Made by a program: the position numbers and the translations under genes. The notes under the pieces were generated by a model, which saw nothing but the letters and a program-made list of their open reading frames with translations, did no database searches and was not told where the DNA came from. This document shows positions 17,263-27,487 of a stretch of DNA of 64,000 nt, piece by piece; positions within the stretch are counted from its first letter, which is position 1, and every line of letters begins with the position of its first letter. Source of the stretch: a virus; IMG/VR virus record IMGVR_UViG_3300044712_001570, positions 24,122-88,121 of that record. The stretch is one strand, 5' to 3'.

Positions 17263-18392
17263 AGATTGCATTCTTTGGTGACGTTCACCTAGGCAACCAT
17301 AAAAGGGCAGGAGGAGAGATACTTGCGGGGCTCAATGCAAGGTGCCTGCAAAGCCTTCGAGCCTTTAGGAAAGCTATAACCCTATGTATTGACCAGGGTT
17401 GTAAGATAGCGGTTATTACAGGTGACCTATTCGATTATGATAGGCCAGAGGCTCAACTTATAACCAAGGTGCAAGAGATACTTGCTAGCATTCCACCTGA
17501 CTTCGTTATCTATTGTATGGTAGGTAACCACGACCAAAGAAGCGAGCTTATAGGGGACCATGCACTTGGTCCTATAAGTGGGTTAGTACAGGTTATAGAT
17601 CAACCCTATTCAACCTTGATCACAGTTGATACTGTTAATGGTAAACCATTTAATGCAGTATTAGATATTATACCTTTTACATCTAAGCCTGCTATAGATG
17701 CTTTGCAGGAGTACCAAGTAGCAAGGAGTAAGTCTCCTTACCCTGCTAACCTCCCTAGGGTACTTGCAATGCACTTTGGTTTACAAACGAAAGATATAAC
17801 ACCACCTTGGCTATTAGATGCAAAGGATGGTGTTAATGTAGAACGAGTACTTCTACCAATGTGTCAGAAGTATAACATAGCAGCAGTCTTTGCTGGTCAT
17901 TACCATTCAGGGGGTCAGCATACTATTCCTGATAGTTTACCTATAGCTACTCAATGTGGTGCTTTGGTACCAACCGGATGGGACAACCCAGGTGCAGGCT
18001 ATGGTAATGTATGGATACTGGATATACAAGGGGAAGGTATAGATGCAACTCTCCATAGAGTACCAGGTCCTAGGTTTCTATCTGATATGGATGATGTTAG
18101 GTTATGTAATGAGGATGATAATATCTATCTATCAGTTATAGGTGAGAACCAAGATAGTATTCGAGATATGGTTAGTACTGGTAAACTAGCTTATGGTGAA
18201 GTTCTACCAGCGGTATCTAAGACTAAGCTACAGGATGGTCTTAATAAGACTAAAGGTCTTGTTACTATTGATATAGCCATAAAAGACTTTATCGAACGAT
18301 GGTATGGCGATACCACCACTCTTCCACCAGGAATAACCAAGGAAGCTATAACCAGTAGGGTACGTAAATACCTAGCAGGAGCACAGTCATGA
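17259..18392 (+). CDS. sbcD: SbcD/Mre11-like metallophosphoesterase nuclease
   Basis: GDVHLG, TGDLFD, GNHD, AGHYH motifs. Confidence 0.92.
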   Translation: MKIAFFGDVHLGNHKRAGGEILAGLNARCLQSLRAFRKAITLCIDQGCKIAVITGDLFDYDRPEAQLITKVQEILASIPPDFVIYCMVGNHDQRSELIGDHALGPISGLVQVIDQPYSTLITVDTVNGKPFNAVLDIIPFTSKPAIDALQEYQVARSKSPYPANLPRVLAMHFGLQTKDITPPWLLDAKDGVNVERVLLPMCQKYNIAAVFAGHYHSGGQHTIPDSLPIATQCGALVPTGWDNPGAGYGNVWILDIQGEGIDATLHRVPGPRFLSDMDDVRLCNEDDNIYLSVIGENQDSIRDMVSTGKLAYGEVLPAVSKTKLQDGLNKTKGLVTIDIAIKDFIERWYGDTTTLPPGITKEAITSRVRKYLAGAQS

Positions 18393-20050
18393 TAACTGTA
18401 TCGAAGGTGGTCATTGAGAAGTTTATGAATCATAAGAAGACCACTCTTACCTTTCCATCAACAGGTCTAATAGTAATAACAGGGCCTAATGGAGCAGGAA
18501 AGAGTTCCTGCCTGGAAGCTATATCCTTTTGCTTATGGGGAAAGACCCTACGGGGTACAGACCCATGGCCTAGTGATGATGGTGGAAGAATATTGGTACA
18601 GTTAGCTAATGGTATGTGGGTAGAGAGAAACCAGACTAAAAGCATTAAGGGTAGGGTGCTCTTTGCAGGAGGAAGAAACGAAGACCCTATATCCTTTGCT
18701 ACTATGACTAAGGCTCAAGAAACCCTTGATTCAAAGCTATGTAGTTTTGATTGCTGGAGTAAGTCCAGTATCTTTTCCTCTGCAGATGCAGCTACCTATT
18801 CCGATGCTACTGACATGGAGCGAAAGCTTCTCCTGGAGGGTATCATAGGTTTGGATGGTTGCTCCAATGCCCATGAGTTATGTAAGGCAGACCTTAAGAG
18901 TACCAGGCCTCAACTCATGTCTGCCGATAGTAGGGTTGCATTGGTGCAATCTAAGATTGACCTAGCTAATCAACAAGTTAGGGCAGCAAGTACTAGATTA
19001 GAGGAATGTTCGAGAAGTGCACCACAATCTGCAACATTGGAAGCTACTAAGGCCAAACTTGCAAAGCAACAGGAATCTATGCGCAAGTTAGAGCGACAGA
19101 TTGAACATGACACTAACGTTCATTCAGAGATGCAAGCTAGGGTATACAAGGCTCAGTTTCTAGTTAAGAACACTAAAGCTTCTTTAGATGCAGCAACCAA
19201 ACAACAGTGTGAAGCTTGTGGGCAAACCATAGTAACCGATAGTACTAAGATAAAGAACTTACAGGATGCACTTGCTGCTAGTACTTCAGAGCTTGAATCT
19301 CTTCTAGTATTAGAGCAGGAGATTAAAGGTGAGATACCCTATAACAAGGAGCTTCGTGCAGAACTAAAGGTATCGATCGATAAGCTATTGGTTGATTACT
19401 ATAAGCTTTCAGAGTTGGAAGCTGTTAGTTCAAGTGCGAAGGCAGAACACCAAGCTGCACTCGATAGGGCTAATATTCTTCTCTTAGAGAGTCAAGAGGC
19501 CTTAAAGATTGCTCAAGAGGATGTAGAGCGGGTAAAGGCAGAGATAGCCTTGATTGAGTGTGCGGAAAAGGTATTAGGGATAAAGGGGGTACGAGCTACA
19601 ATACTAAGCAATGCCCTGCCTGGTTTGGAGGAGGTAACCAATACATGGCTATCTCAGTTGAACCCAGGTGTAAGTGTTAGGCTAACTCCTACTGAGAAGA
19701 ATGGAGTTATAGAGGCGGTACCATTAGATATTAATGGTGTTAATGGTAAAGGCTATAAGAGCACATCCGGCGGTGAAAGGAGAAGGTTAGATGTAGCCTT
19801 AGTGCTAGGGCTAGCAGAGATGGCTAGTGGTGTAACTATTAGGGATACCAATAGCACTCTATTCTTCGATGAGGTTGCAGACTCCCTAGACAAGGACGGT
19901 CTCATAGCAACTGCTCGAATATTCCATGCATTAGCTACTACAAGGTGCGTTGTATTGATAACCCACAGGGAAGAGTTATTGGACCAGTTGCAACCTAAAG
20001 AGCACTGGAAAGTTATGAACGGCTCTGTAACAGTTGAAAGGAAGTGGTAA
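18389..20050 (+). CDS. sbcC: SbcC/Rad50-like ATPase
   Basis: GPNGAGKS, coiled coil with CEAC zinc hook, SGGE signature, FFDE, ITH. Confidence 0.93.
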   Translation: MITVSKVVIEKFMNHKKTTLTFPSTGLIVITGPNGAGKSSCLEAISFCLWGKTLRGTDPWPSDDGGRILVQLANGMWVERNQTKSIKGRVLFAGGRNEDPISFATMTKAQETLDSKLCSFDCWSKSSIFSSADAATYSDATDMERKLLLEGIIGLDGCSNAHELCKADLKSTRPQLMSADSRVALVQSKIDLANQQVRAASTRLEECSRSAPQSATLEATKAKLAKQQESMRKLERQIEHDTNVHSEMQARVYKAQFLVKNTKASLDAATKQQCEACGQTIVTDSTKIKNLQDALAASTSELESLLVLEQEIKGEIPYNKELRAELKVSIDKLLVDYYKLSELEAVSSSAKAEHQAALDRANILLLESQEALKIAQEDVERVKAEIALIECAEKVLGIKGVRATILSNALPGLEEVTNTWLSQLNPGVSVRLTPTEKNGVIEAVPLDINGVNGKGYKSTSGGERRRLDVALVLGLAEMASGVTIRDTNSTLFFDEVADSLDKDGLIATARIFHALATTRCVVLITHREELLDQLQPKEHWKVMNGSVTVERKW

Positions 20051-20052
20051 CC

Positions 20053-20583
20053 ATGTTATCCGATATTTTATTGTATGTAGTTGTATTTGGATTAATTATT
20101 GTTGCGTATATATCAGGGAGGAGCTGTGTACGCCCTATAAAGGATGGTTTTGATAAAAGCCATCTATATCAACACGCCAAAGCTGAACTAAAAGACTATA
20201 GTATTGAGTCTAATAACGAGGTGCTTGAGCTTTTGAGGGTATTTTATAACCAAGGCCATTCTGGTTGTTCTGCGTCATTTGTAACGGAACAGTTTTATAA
20301 ACTCGCAAAATTCCAGCCGTTGCGCCCATTAACTGGTGAAGATAGTGAATGGATTGATGTAACTCCTGACCATTTTCAAAATAATCGATGCAGTGGTGTG
20401 TTTAAAAATAAAAAGACAGGCATTGCGTACTTTTTAGATGGTAGGGTGTTCAAAGATAAAACAGGAGCATCCTATACTTGCTCTGCATCGAAAACCCCAA
20501 TTACATTCCCATGTTATCCAAAAACTGAGTATATGGATCGCGAGGCAACAGAAGAGGAAAGAATCGAAGGTTGTAAGCTATAA
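20053..20583 (+). CDS. Hypothetical protein with N-terminal TM helix (ORF track start 20044)
   Basis: GHSGCSA, PLTGEDSEW and FQNNRCS motifs recognised from other phage hypotheticals. Confidence 0.7.
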   Translation: MLSDILLYVVVFGLIIVAYISGRSCVRPIKDGFDKSHLYQHAKAELKDYSIESNNEVLELLRVFYNQGHSGCSASFVTEQFYKLAKFQPLRPLTGEDSEWIDVTPDHFQNNRCSGVFKNKKTGIAYFLDGRVFKDKTGASYTCSASKTPITFPCYPKTEYMDREATEEERIEGCKL

Positions 20584-20605
20584 ACACCCTAGTTAGTCAT
20601 AGCTA

Positions 20606-21499
20606 TTGAAAGGAAGTGGTAAGATGATACCCATTTATATACAAGTGATTGCTTTTATTATCTATGGTATTCTATGGTACTCAATAGGGTTTACTAATGG
20701 TAACCGGGTTCTTCGTATGCTTGAGAGAAAAGCTAATTCAAGCGGGTATACTTCGTTTACCGAATACATTACTGATAACCTAGTTAAAGCTAAGTATCCA
20801 GGCCTACATTATGTAGCTAAGACATTGCTAGGTATTGATGTAGATATGGAGGGCTTTAGGAAAGAAATAGCTAAAGAGAGGGAAAGAGTAAGAGAGTTTT
20901 CTAAACTAAATAAAGAGTACCTTGAAAAGATATCTAAGCTTGAAGAGGAGGTATGTAATCTTCAGCAGAAGCCACCACAACCAAAGAAGGACACATTAGA
21001 TATTCAGCACCTATACGGGTTCTACTTAATAGGTGTAAACCATTTAGAACTTAAAGGTGATAGCAATAGAGGGGATAGTTCTAGTACATGTGAAAGGCCT
21101 AGCATAACCCTCAATGAGTTGATTGCATATACATGGGGCAATAAGTTATCAAAACCTAATACAATGATGTCCTATACAGACTTTGAAGAGGAGATGAAAA
21201 AGGAGCTGCATAGTGTCTATTATAAAGACGAGGACACACCACCTGTAATATTACCAACATATATCATACGTATCCACGATAAAGATGGGTATACAAATGG
21301 TTATGTAGGTAGTAATACCAATATATGCTTTGATAGATTGAATGCAGCTACATTCCAAAGCATTCTATTAGCTGAGAATCATCTTAATAAATTTAAAACT
21401 ACCTACCCACAGTTCAATCCAGTTCTGTGTACAATAGATAAGGATGATAAGATTACTCCCATCGAGGCAAACGATAACGTATCGCAACCCGGTCTCTAA
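20606..21499 (+). CDS. Hypothetical protein, N-terminal TM helix and coiled coil
   Basis: Long ORF, last on the + arm; start probably ATG 20624. Confidence 0.7.
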   Translation: MKGSGKMIPIYIQVIAFIIYGILWYSIGFTNGNRVLRMLERKANSSGYTSFTEYITDNLVKAKYPGLHYVAKTLLGIDVDMEGFRKEIAKERERVREFSKLNKEYLEKISKLEEEVCNLQQKPPQPKKDTLDIQHLYGFYLIGVNHLELKGDSNRGDSSSTCERPSITLNELIAYTWGNKLSKPNTMMSYTDFEEEMKKELHSVYYKDEDTPPVILPTYIIRIHDKDGYTNGYVGSNTNICFDRLNAATFQSILLAENHLNKFKTTYPQFNPVLCTIDKDDKITPIEANDNVSQPGL

Positions 21500-21743
21500 C
21501 TCCCTTTGCAAATCCTAATAGCCCTAGCTTCCTAAGCTGACTAAAGAAGTTTCGCTTAGTACAAGCTAGGGCTTTTGCTACTCCCTCATGGGTCACATAC
21601 TTAGCATACCATTCCACTATATTAGCTTTAAGAACCTCTATCCCCCTAGCCTTAGCCACTTCGGCTAGCCACCCGGAGGCTTTCCTGCCCTTATAAACGC
21701 AGGGGCGAGGGGGGCTGGTGAATAGAGGGCGAAAGGTAATCAT
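21453..21743 (-). CDS. Fis-like HTH protein
   Basis: VAKALACTKRNFFSQLRKLGL resembles the Fis/NtrC C-terminal HTH. Confidence 0.55.
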   Translation of the reverse strand: MITFRPLFTSPPRPCVYKGRKASGWLAEVAKARGIEVLKANIVEWYAKYVTHEGVAKALACTKRNFFSQLRKLGLLGFAKGVRDRVAIRYRLPRWE

Positions 21744-22060
21744 TGTGTTTTATTCGGGTCCTGGGGTTCCTCCTTGGGTAAATAAACCGCCAAGGCGGGA
21801 ACCTTCCGGAGGTGAATAAAGACCGCTCGCATAAGCCTTATAAATAGGGCAAGCCTTGGCTTTTCCTTCTGCAGCTTGGACCATTCTGCTGGAGTCCTTT
21901 GCCACATGACCCAGTTGAATAAAGCCCCTACTAATGGGATGACTATAAAGATAACCGTTAGGGGGTTATTAGCAGCCCATAGTTGCATAGCAATAATCCA
22001 TTTATCCATAGGTAGTATCTCCTGGTCTATCGTAAAGCTTAAAACAATCCAGTTATCCAT
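21740..22060 (-). CDS. Small membrane protein, holin candidate
   Basis: TM helix plus amphipathic helix, charged C-terminus, two possible Met starts. Confidence 0.45.
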   Translation of the reverse strand: MDNWIVLSFTIDQEILPMDKWIIAMQLWAANNPLTVIFIVIPLVGALFNWVMWQRTPAEWSKLQKEKPRLALFIRLMRAVFIHLRKVPALAVYLPKEEPQDPNKTQ

Positions 22061-22247
22061 TTGCTACACACCTAGCATGAGACTTTGCATAGTTCTGCAC
22101 ATGCCTTCGCCATAAGCCAGACTCGCAGAACGCAAAGTGTGTTTGACCACAATGGGTGCACTTTAGAAGAATCTTTATGGGATGACTACCCTCTGGTGTA
22201 CCTACAACATGCTTAGCCCATGGAGGGCTATAGTCATTTGGTCCCAT
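22053..22247 (-). CDS. Small zinc-finger-like protein
   Basis: CTHC...C...H..C; overlaps both neighbours. Confidence 0.55.
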   Translation of the reverse strand: MGPNDYSPPWAKHVVGTPEGSHPIKILLKCTHCGQTHFAFCESGLWRRHVQNYAKSHARCVANG

Positions 22248-22425
22248 TGGCTTTCATCTCCATAAGTTCCTTTTCAAGCCTTTGCACTTGTTGGGATAGT
22301 GCAGCCTTCTCTTGCACTAAGACTTCCATCTCAGATAGAAGAGATGCTACTTGGGAGGACATTAGTTCATGTACTGCACCAATAGCATTGGTTGCAGATG
22401 CAACTAGATTCTTTACGTTTTTCAT
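22234..22425 (-). CDS. Small coiled-coil protein
   Basis: Heptad pattern; ATGA overlap. Confidence 0.6.
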   Translation of the reverse strand: MKNVKNLVASATNAIGAVHELMSSQVASLLSEMEVLVQEKAALSQQVQRLEKELMEMKANGTK

Positions 22426-22865
22426 CGGATAACCTGTGGGTGGTGCTTTCCGTTATGTAATGCAACCAAGAGATAATCCTTGGTTTCTCTTGTTGATCTA
22501 ATATCCCTAGGGTCTACACCTCGTATTCGAGTAGGTGGAGCAGGAGGCTCTGGAGTAATAACATTCACATCATCCATATGGGTATCCCTCCACCCATCCA
22601 TTACCCTATCGGCATAAACATCAGGTGCTATTGAAGGAGCTTCAAAACATCTTTCGGATGCTTCATAGCCTCTTGTATATCCACTTCGATAGCATTCGTT
22701 TGCAAATGAAATAGCCATAGCCTCCCATTCGTCTGCAGAGGCATTCGGATGGGAGGCTCTAAACAACTGGATTATCTTGGCTAATCTAGGGGGTGGTTGT
22801 GGTCCTTCATACCAAACACCAAACAACCACTCTATCCACTTCCGCAAGTGTTTTATGAGTGCCAT
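22422..22865 (-). CDS. Hypothetical protein
   Basis: ORF in - arm operon. Confidence 0.7.
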   Translation of the reverse strand: MALIKHLRKWIEWLFGVWYEGPQPPPRLAKIIQLFRASHPNASADEWEAMAISFANECYRSGYTRGYEASERCFEAPSIAPDVYADRVMDGWRDTHMDDVNVITPEPPAPPTRIRGVDPRDIRSTRETKDYLLVALHNGKHHPQVIR

Positions 22866-22872
22866 TCACCAA

Positions 22873-24630
22873 CTATACACCATAGCCAACGATGTATCCA
22901 TAGTTTCGGTAGGCTACTCCTGTGTAGTTAGCAGTCGATACCATCTTGCTCATAAAGATCTTGATTCGAGTAGAGCTAGTTCCGTAACCAGCTGCATCAG
23001 GAGACGGTTGCAGATAAACTCTAATGCGCTTCTCATAAATAGATGCAGGTGGGTCACCTAGGTATGGTGTTTGGCTTACGATGTAGGCTCTATCAATAAT
23101 AGAGTTTTCTGCCTGCACATCAACTTCGTTAGCTCCACCTAGCGTATCACTAACAGCTGCTACGTTTACTAATATATCAACATATTTAGCATTAGCAGGT
23201 ATTGCTGATGCCCCCGCAGTTGTAATATTAGTTCCGGAAGGTGTTAGGGTTGTTTCCCACTGGTACCAGGACGACGAATCAGTTGTCTCGGTAAATACGA
23301 GGGAATGCGCTATAGTTCCTCGCCATGGGAAGGATAGACCAGGTGAAACCCAACCTGCAGAAGCAGGTTCGATATGAGTACCTAATATATTGATAGGGCA
23401 ATAAGCTGCAGTACCTGAACTCGAATAGGTAAACTCTGCAACTTGAACACCTAACCATGGGGCATTACCAAACCCCATAGAAGCTTTGAGACTTGTAGTA
23501 GGAGTAATATAACCACTTCTCACAACACCTATTGCGGATTTAGCAGCCGTTGCAAAGACTCCATTAGGACCCTTTGGAAACCTGCCCGTTATAGCTGCTG
23601 TTGCATAGGTATCCGCAGCAACTACAGATTCCAGTGCCCTTGCATATCGAACGAATCTAGTAGGGAACTGGTATGGTATAAAGCAGCAAAGTACATTTAG
23701 ATGTCCTGCTGTTAGGTCTAATGCCCTACAGTTATTATTAGCACTTGCTATATCAACGTAGTCAATATCGGTACCAAAGCTTCCCTCAGATAAAGTTGGG
23801 AACATTAGCCCACCAAGCTCTACCCCGGAAACCTTAGCTTTCCAAACTCCATACTCCCTAGTCTCTGCTGCTCCCGATCGAACACCCCATACGTTGTTTT
23901 CGTTAGAATATTCGATATGTACCGAGCTAGCCGCTCCACCTTCATACGTTGGATTAGGTGCATCCGCAAAGTATCTAACATCGTAGAAGTCGCAGCTAGC
24001 GAAGTTAGTACTTGATGGGTATACAAGAATAACCGCTAGGGGAATCCAGTCAGGGTCGATGGTAGGAGCTACACCAACGGTACCAACTCGAATGCGCCAA
24101 TCAAATATAGCTTCACTTACCTTGGTAACCGGGTTGGGTACGAACTTTCGTGTGGTCTGGTTATAGATATCCCTACTGACACCTGTCTCGGTTGCAGTGT
24201 CTACCGGACGGCATTCAACTATATCCACCCGGGTATTACCACCACTATTAGGTGTAAATACCAACGTAGTTATATCTGTTAGCCCTGGAGTACTTGCAGA
24301 TATAATATCAGAATCATCTGTACTGCCAGTGGGTCCAGTCCAATAAAGAACTGTACCAGGGTCTACTAATAAGTAGCTTGGTGCATCTGGACGAACCATA
24401 AGACCACCAATAATGCGATGGTGACTAGGTGCAGACGCATGAACAGGGTCTGCACTCCATTCTGCATCGACACCAGGATAGGCACCATTAGAACCAATCT
24501 TTCTTCTTTGCCCTTGATGCTTCTGCGCAGTAGTTCTTGCCTTCGCAATAAAGGCTTGCATCCGCATAAAGTCATCGGAGACTAGCCGTTCGCGTGTATT
24601 GAATACTTCTCTCTTTTCGCCGTTTGCCAT
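22873..24630 (-). CDS. Baseplate-anchored tail fibre/receptor-binding protein
   Basis: Follows wedge genes; NTRVDIVEC...WIPLAVI...DVR fibre-anchor-like motif; SD AGGAG. Confidence 0.65.
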   Translation of the reverse strand: MANGEKREVFNTRERLVSDDFMRMQAFIAKARTTAQKHQGQRRKIGSNGAYPGVDAEWSADPVHASAPSHHRIIGGLMVRPDAPSYLLVDPGTVLYWTGPTGSTDDSDIISASTPGLTDITTLVFTPNSGGNTRVDIVECRPVDTATETGVSRDIYNQTTRKFVPNPVTKVSEAIFDWRIRVGTVGVAPTIDPDWIPLAVILVYPSSTNFASCDFYDVRYFADAPNPTYEGGAASSVHIEYSNENNVWGVRSGAAETREYGVWKAKVSGVELGGLMFPTLSEGSFGTDIDYVDIASANNNCRALDLTAGHLNVLCCFIPYQFPTRFVRYARALESVVAADTYATAAITGRFPKGPNGVFATAAKSAIGVVRSGYITPTTSLKASMGFGNAPWLGVQVAEFTYSSSGTAAYCPINILGTHIEPASAGWVSPGLSFPWRGTIAHSLVFTETTDSSSWYQWETTLTPSGTNITTAGASAIPANAKYVDILVNVAAVSDTLGGANEVDVQAENSIIDRAYIVSQTPYLGDPPASIYEKRIRVYLQPSPDAAGYGTSSTRIKIFMSKMVSTANYTGVAYRNYGYIVGYGV

Positions 24631-24642
24631 GTTCGTAGTCTC

Positions 24643-26298
24643 CTATACGCAGCCATTAGATTCTATGTAAATATCGAACGATACACCACCTGCTTTGCAC
24701 CTGTCGAGTGCAGCCCAGATGCTTGCATAGACTTCACTTTGGTTATTATTCTCACCATCAAAGCATGCAAACTGTTCGTCTACTGCCGTTGTATCAAGCG
24801 CATTTTCTATTGGAAAGATATCGCCAATAGCTCCATCAAAGGCTGCACCAAATATGTTTTGAGACATATCCGGTACACCCATAAGAAAGAAGCCCCTCAT
24901 CTCCCTAACCGAAAAGAGTACCTTCCATTCATCAGTAGGGGTTAGGGTAGGGTCGATATCGAATGCAAAGTTGGTAGCAGGGTCTTGTACTGCATCTTGA
25001 CTAGAACCTGCATCGAAGTATAGACCAGCCAACTTATTCATGTCCCCTGCTTCTCTAAAGCAGGCTCTTGAACCTAATGGGGCTAATATTCGATTAACAG
25101 CTCTAATCAAAGCATTAGGGGCAACTACATCAGCTATCTCAGCTACCCTAGTTCGATAGCTTGCATCTAGTTCACCGCCTGCCCTATCTATTCCTCTTCC
25201 TCTGCCTATCTCGTCCAGCCATGCATTATCACCACCAGTAGGTGATAATGTATTGGTAACAACTAGCCCATAACCAGTTGTAAAGCTAACTACTTCCCAG
25301 TCTGGTACAGCTTGGGTTGTTATGGTGGATGCGTATGCAATACGACCTACTATTGCGCTAGCACCTGATGTTAAACCCATAACTGCATCTGTTAGTGCAG
25401 CAGGTGTACCAGATATTAGTTGGTACACCATAAGGCTTTCCCCATGAACACTAGTAGGACCTAATAGTAATATTCCTGTTCCTTGTATAGCTCCGCCAGT
25501 CCCACCTGTTCGAATCTCAATAGCTTCACCATCGGTAAAGGTTCCGGTAGGGGTTACAGCAGGTGAGAAAGGGGTATCGAGTAGAATCTCCCCACCATGA
25601 ACACCTACACTAGGTGGTGCATACCCTATAATCCTAGATGCTTTATTATCATTAGCACCATTAGTGAACTGAATATAATACCCAAGCTGAGACGGTAATA
25701 ATACGTCAGGCTCCATTCCAAGCGTTAGCAAGGATTGAATACCTGATGTAACGGATATAGCAGTATTATTAAAGTCTGCTCCGAACTCTACTACCCCTGT
25801 CAGACTATCCGGTAGGGGGTTATTATACCCATACCCATCCTTCTCTGCTATGGCCCATACAGTCTTTGGTCCCATCTCACCAGGTGCAAAGACTAGGGGT
25901 TGCTCAAGCAAGAATATTCTTCCTGTTTCCGCAACTACTCCACCATTCTCACCCCAGTCTATTTGCTCCTCTTGGACTTGGAATCCTGTCTCTAATACGA
26001 GTGGTTCTTGTAGCCGAAGGGTTCTTGAGAAGGTTAGTTCCACCCTAGCCCTAGCTCCACCACTTGCTGGCAGGTCACTTTGGCCACTCCAGGGGGATAT
26101 AAACATGGACTGAAAGGTTCGATTGATAGCACCACTTACACGAGCAGCTTGCTCACATGCTTGGGTAATAACCTCCAAGCCATTACCAGAGCCAGCCTTC
26201 TCAAGTGCTTGTGCATACCGTTCATCTACTGACGAACGCCATATGGCATACATATCCGCAAGAGTGTATGCCCCTATTTTGGATGAACCTTTTTTCAT
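24643..26298 (-). CDS. Baseplate wedge protein (P2 gpI/Mu gp48-like, with insertions)
   Basis: WLDEIGRGRGIDRAGGELDASYRTR and C-terminal KAGGV motifs; follows J-like gene. Confidence 0.7.
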   Translation of the reverse strand: MKKGSSKIGAYTLADMYAIWRSSVDERYAQALEKAGSGNGLEVITQACEQAARVSGAINRTFQSMFISPWSGQSDLPASGGARARVELTFSRTLRLQEPLVLETGFQVQEEQIDWGENGGVVAETGRIFLLEQPLVFAPGEMGPKTVWAIAEKDGYGYNNPLPDSLTGVVEFGADFNNTAISVTSGIQSLLTLGMEPDVLLPSQLGYYIQFTNGANDNKASRIIGYAPPSVGVHGGEILLDTPFSPAVTPTGTFTDGEAIEIRTGGTGGAIQGTGILLLGPTSVHGESLMVYQLISGTPAALTDAVMGLTSGASAIVGRIAYASTITTQAVPDWEVVSFTTGYGLVVTNTLSPTGGDNAWLDEIGRGRGIDRAGGELDASYRTRVAEIADVVAPNALIRAVNRILAPLGSRACFREAGDMNKLAGLYFDAGSSQDAVQDPATNFAFDIDPTLTPTDEWKVLFSVREMRGFFLMGVPDMSQNIFGAAFDGAIGDIFPIENALDTTAVDEQFACFDGENNNQSEVYASIWAALDRCKAGGVSFDIYIESNGCV

Positions 26299-27428
26299 TA
26301 CTGGATAACCACTAGGTCAGTTGTTGTTCTAATGGTTTGCCCTGGTGTTGGTATAATATCCCCTACAGGTGCTACTACACTATTCTGGTCTATTATTAGA
26401 CCATCCTCTTTATATCTACTCAATACAACTAATATATCTGCAACTGTTAGTTTTGCATTAACAGGTAGACTATTAATGTATTCAACTACAGAGGATTGAA
26501 CATTACCCGCCAAGGCAACTGTATCTACATTAGCTCTAAAGGCTAACTTCAATAGTATACTCACTAGCTGTGGTTTACTTGTCATTACTATAACAGCTAT
26601 ACCACCTGCCCTATATTCTAGTAGTTGAGTCTCGACTTTCTTAGCCAATGCAGCAGACGCAACTCCTGAGGAGTCCGAGATGTATAGGATAACAACCCTC
26701 GCCGGTAGCGTAAGAATGACACCATTGAGGTTGAGAGTTTCAGTAACTTCGACGGCTTGTGCAGATACAACACCCGGCACCTCCCTAGCACCGAACTCGA
26801 TAGCACCCAAAGTTCCACGCCTAGCAGAAGGCCAAAAATCACGACCACGTTCTCTAAAGTCATCGTTACCCTCCGCATCCTCTCCACCAGCCGCAGCCTC
26901 GTCGTTATTGACTTGAATCGTAGGATCAAAGAGTGCCCCAGGAGTCACAATCGATCGGATAGTGTTTGCACCTGCTTGTGTAGCTTTGCCTGCTTCTGCA
27001 GCTCGTACATCTGCAATAGATGTTAGGTCTGTTGTTCCAAAGCTTGCAGCACTGGTTGTTATGTACACCGCACCAGACAAGGTTCTTATCTGGGTATCTT
27101 TAGGGATAACGCCAGACGTCCCACTTGTTGCTCGATAGAACCTAACCGTTCCAACTGCACTAGATGCCCCCTTTCGAAGCATCTTGTATTCATCATATAA
27201 CCATCGGTCTAGGTCTTGGTCTTCGCAACCATCAAGTGTTTTCTTGGCTACTTCATACCCTAGTTGGTCGACAACGCGCTTTAGCATTACCGATACAGAC
27301 CCAACAAAGATATTAGCATCGGAGCCAAGTACATCGACTTGCGTAGGGTCAATGCGCTTTGCACGTTGCACTAGATGGTCTCTACCAAGTGCATACAAAT
27401 CGAGTCTAGTGGGCATATCGAGAGGCAT
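26298..27428 (-). CDS. Baseplate J/gp47 family protein
   Basis: GGEDAEGNDDFRER, RGTLGAIE, VPGV, YRAGGI motifs. Confidence 0.9.
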   Translation of the reverse strand: MPLDMPTRLDLYALGRDHLVQRAKRIDPTQVDVLGSDANIFVGSVSVMLKRVVDQLGYEVAKKTLDGCEDQDLDRWLYDEYKMLRKGASSAVGTVRFYRATSGTSGVIPKDTQIRTLSGAVYITTSAASFGTTDLTSIADVRAAEAGKATQAGANTIRSIVTPGALFDPTIQVNNDEAAAGGEDAEGNDDFRERGRDFWPSARRGTLGAIEFGAREVPGVVSAQAVEVTETLNLNGVILTLPARVVILYISDSSGVASAALAKKVETQLLEYRAGGIAVIVMTSKPQLVSILLKLAFRANVDTVALAGNVQSSVVEYINSLPVNAKLTVADILVVLSRYKEDGLIIDQNSVVAPVGDIIPTPGQTIRTTTDLVVIQ

Positions 27429-27435
27429 GCGGATA

Positions 27436-27444
27436 ATAGTAACA
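27436..27444 (-). promoter_or_regulatory. Extended -10 element, putative leaderless promoter of baseplate J
   Basis: TGTTACTAT-N7-ATG, no SD. Confidence 0.55.
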
Positions 27445-27487
27445 CTACAAGAGTCTCGGAGCCATTACGGCTTTTGGTGCAATCTCT

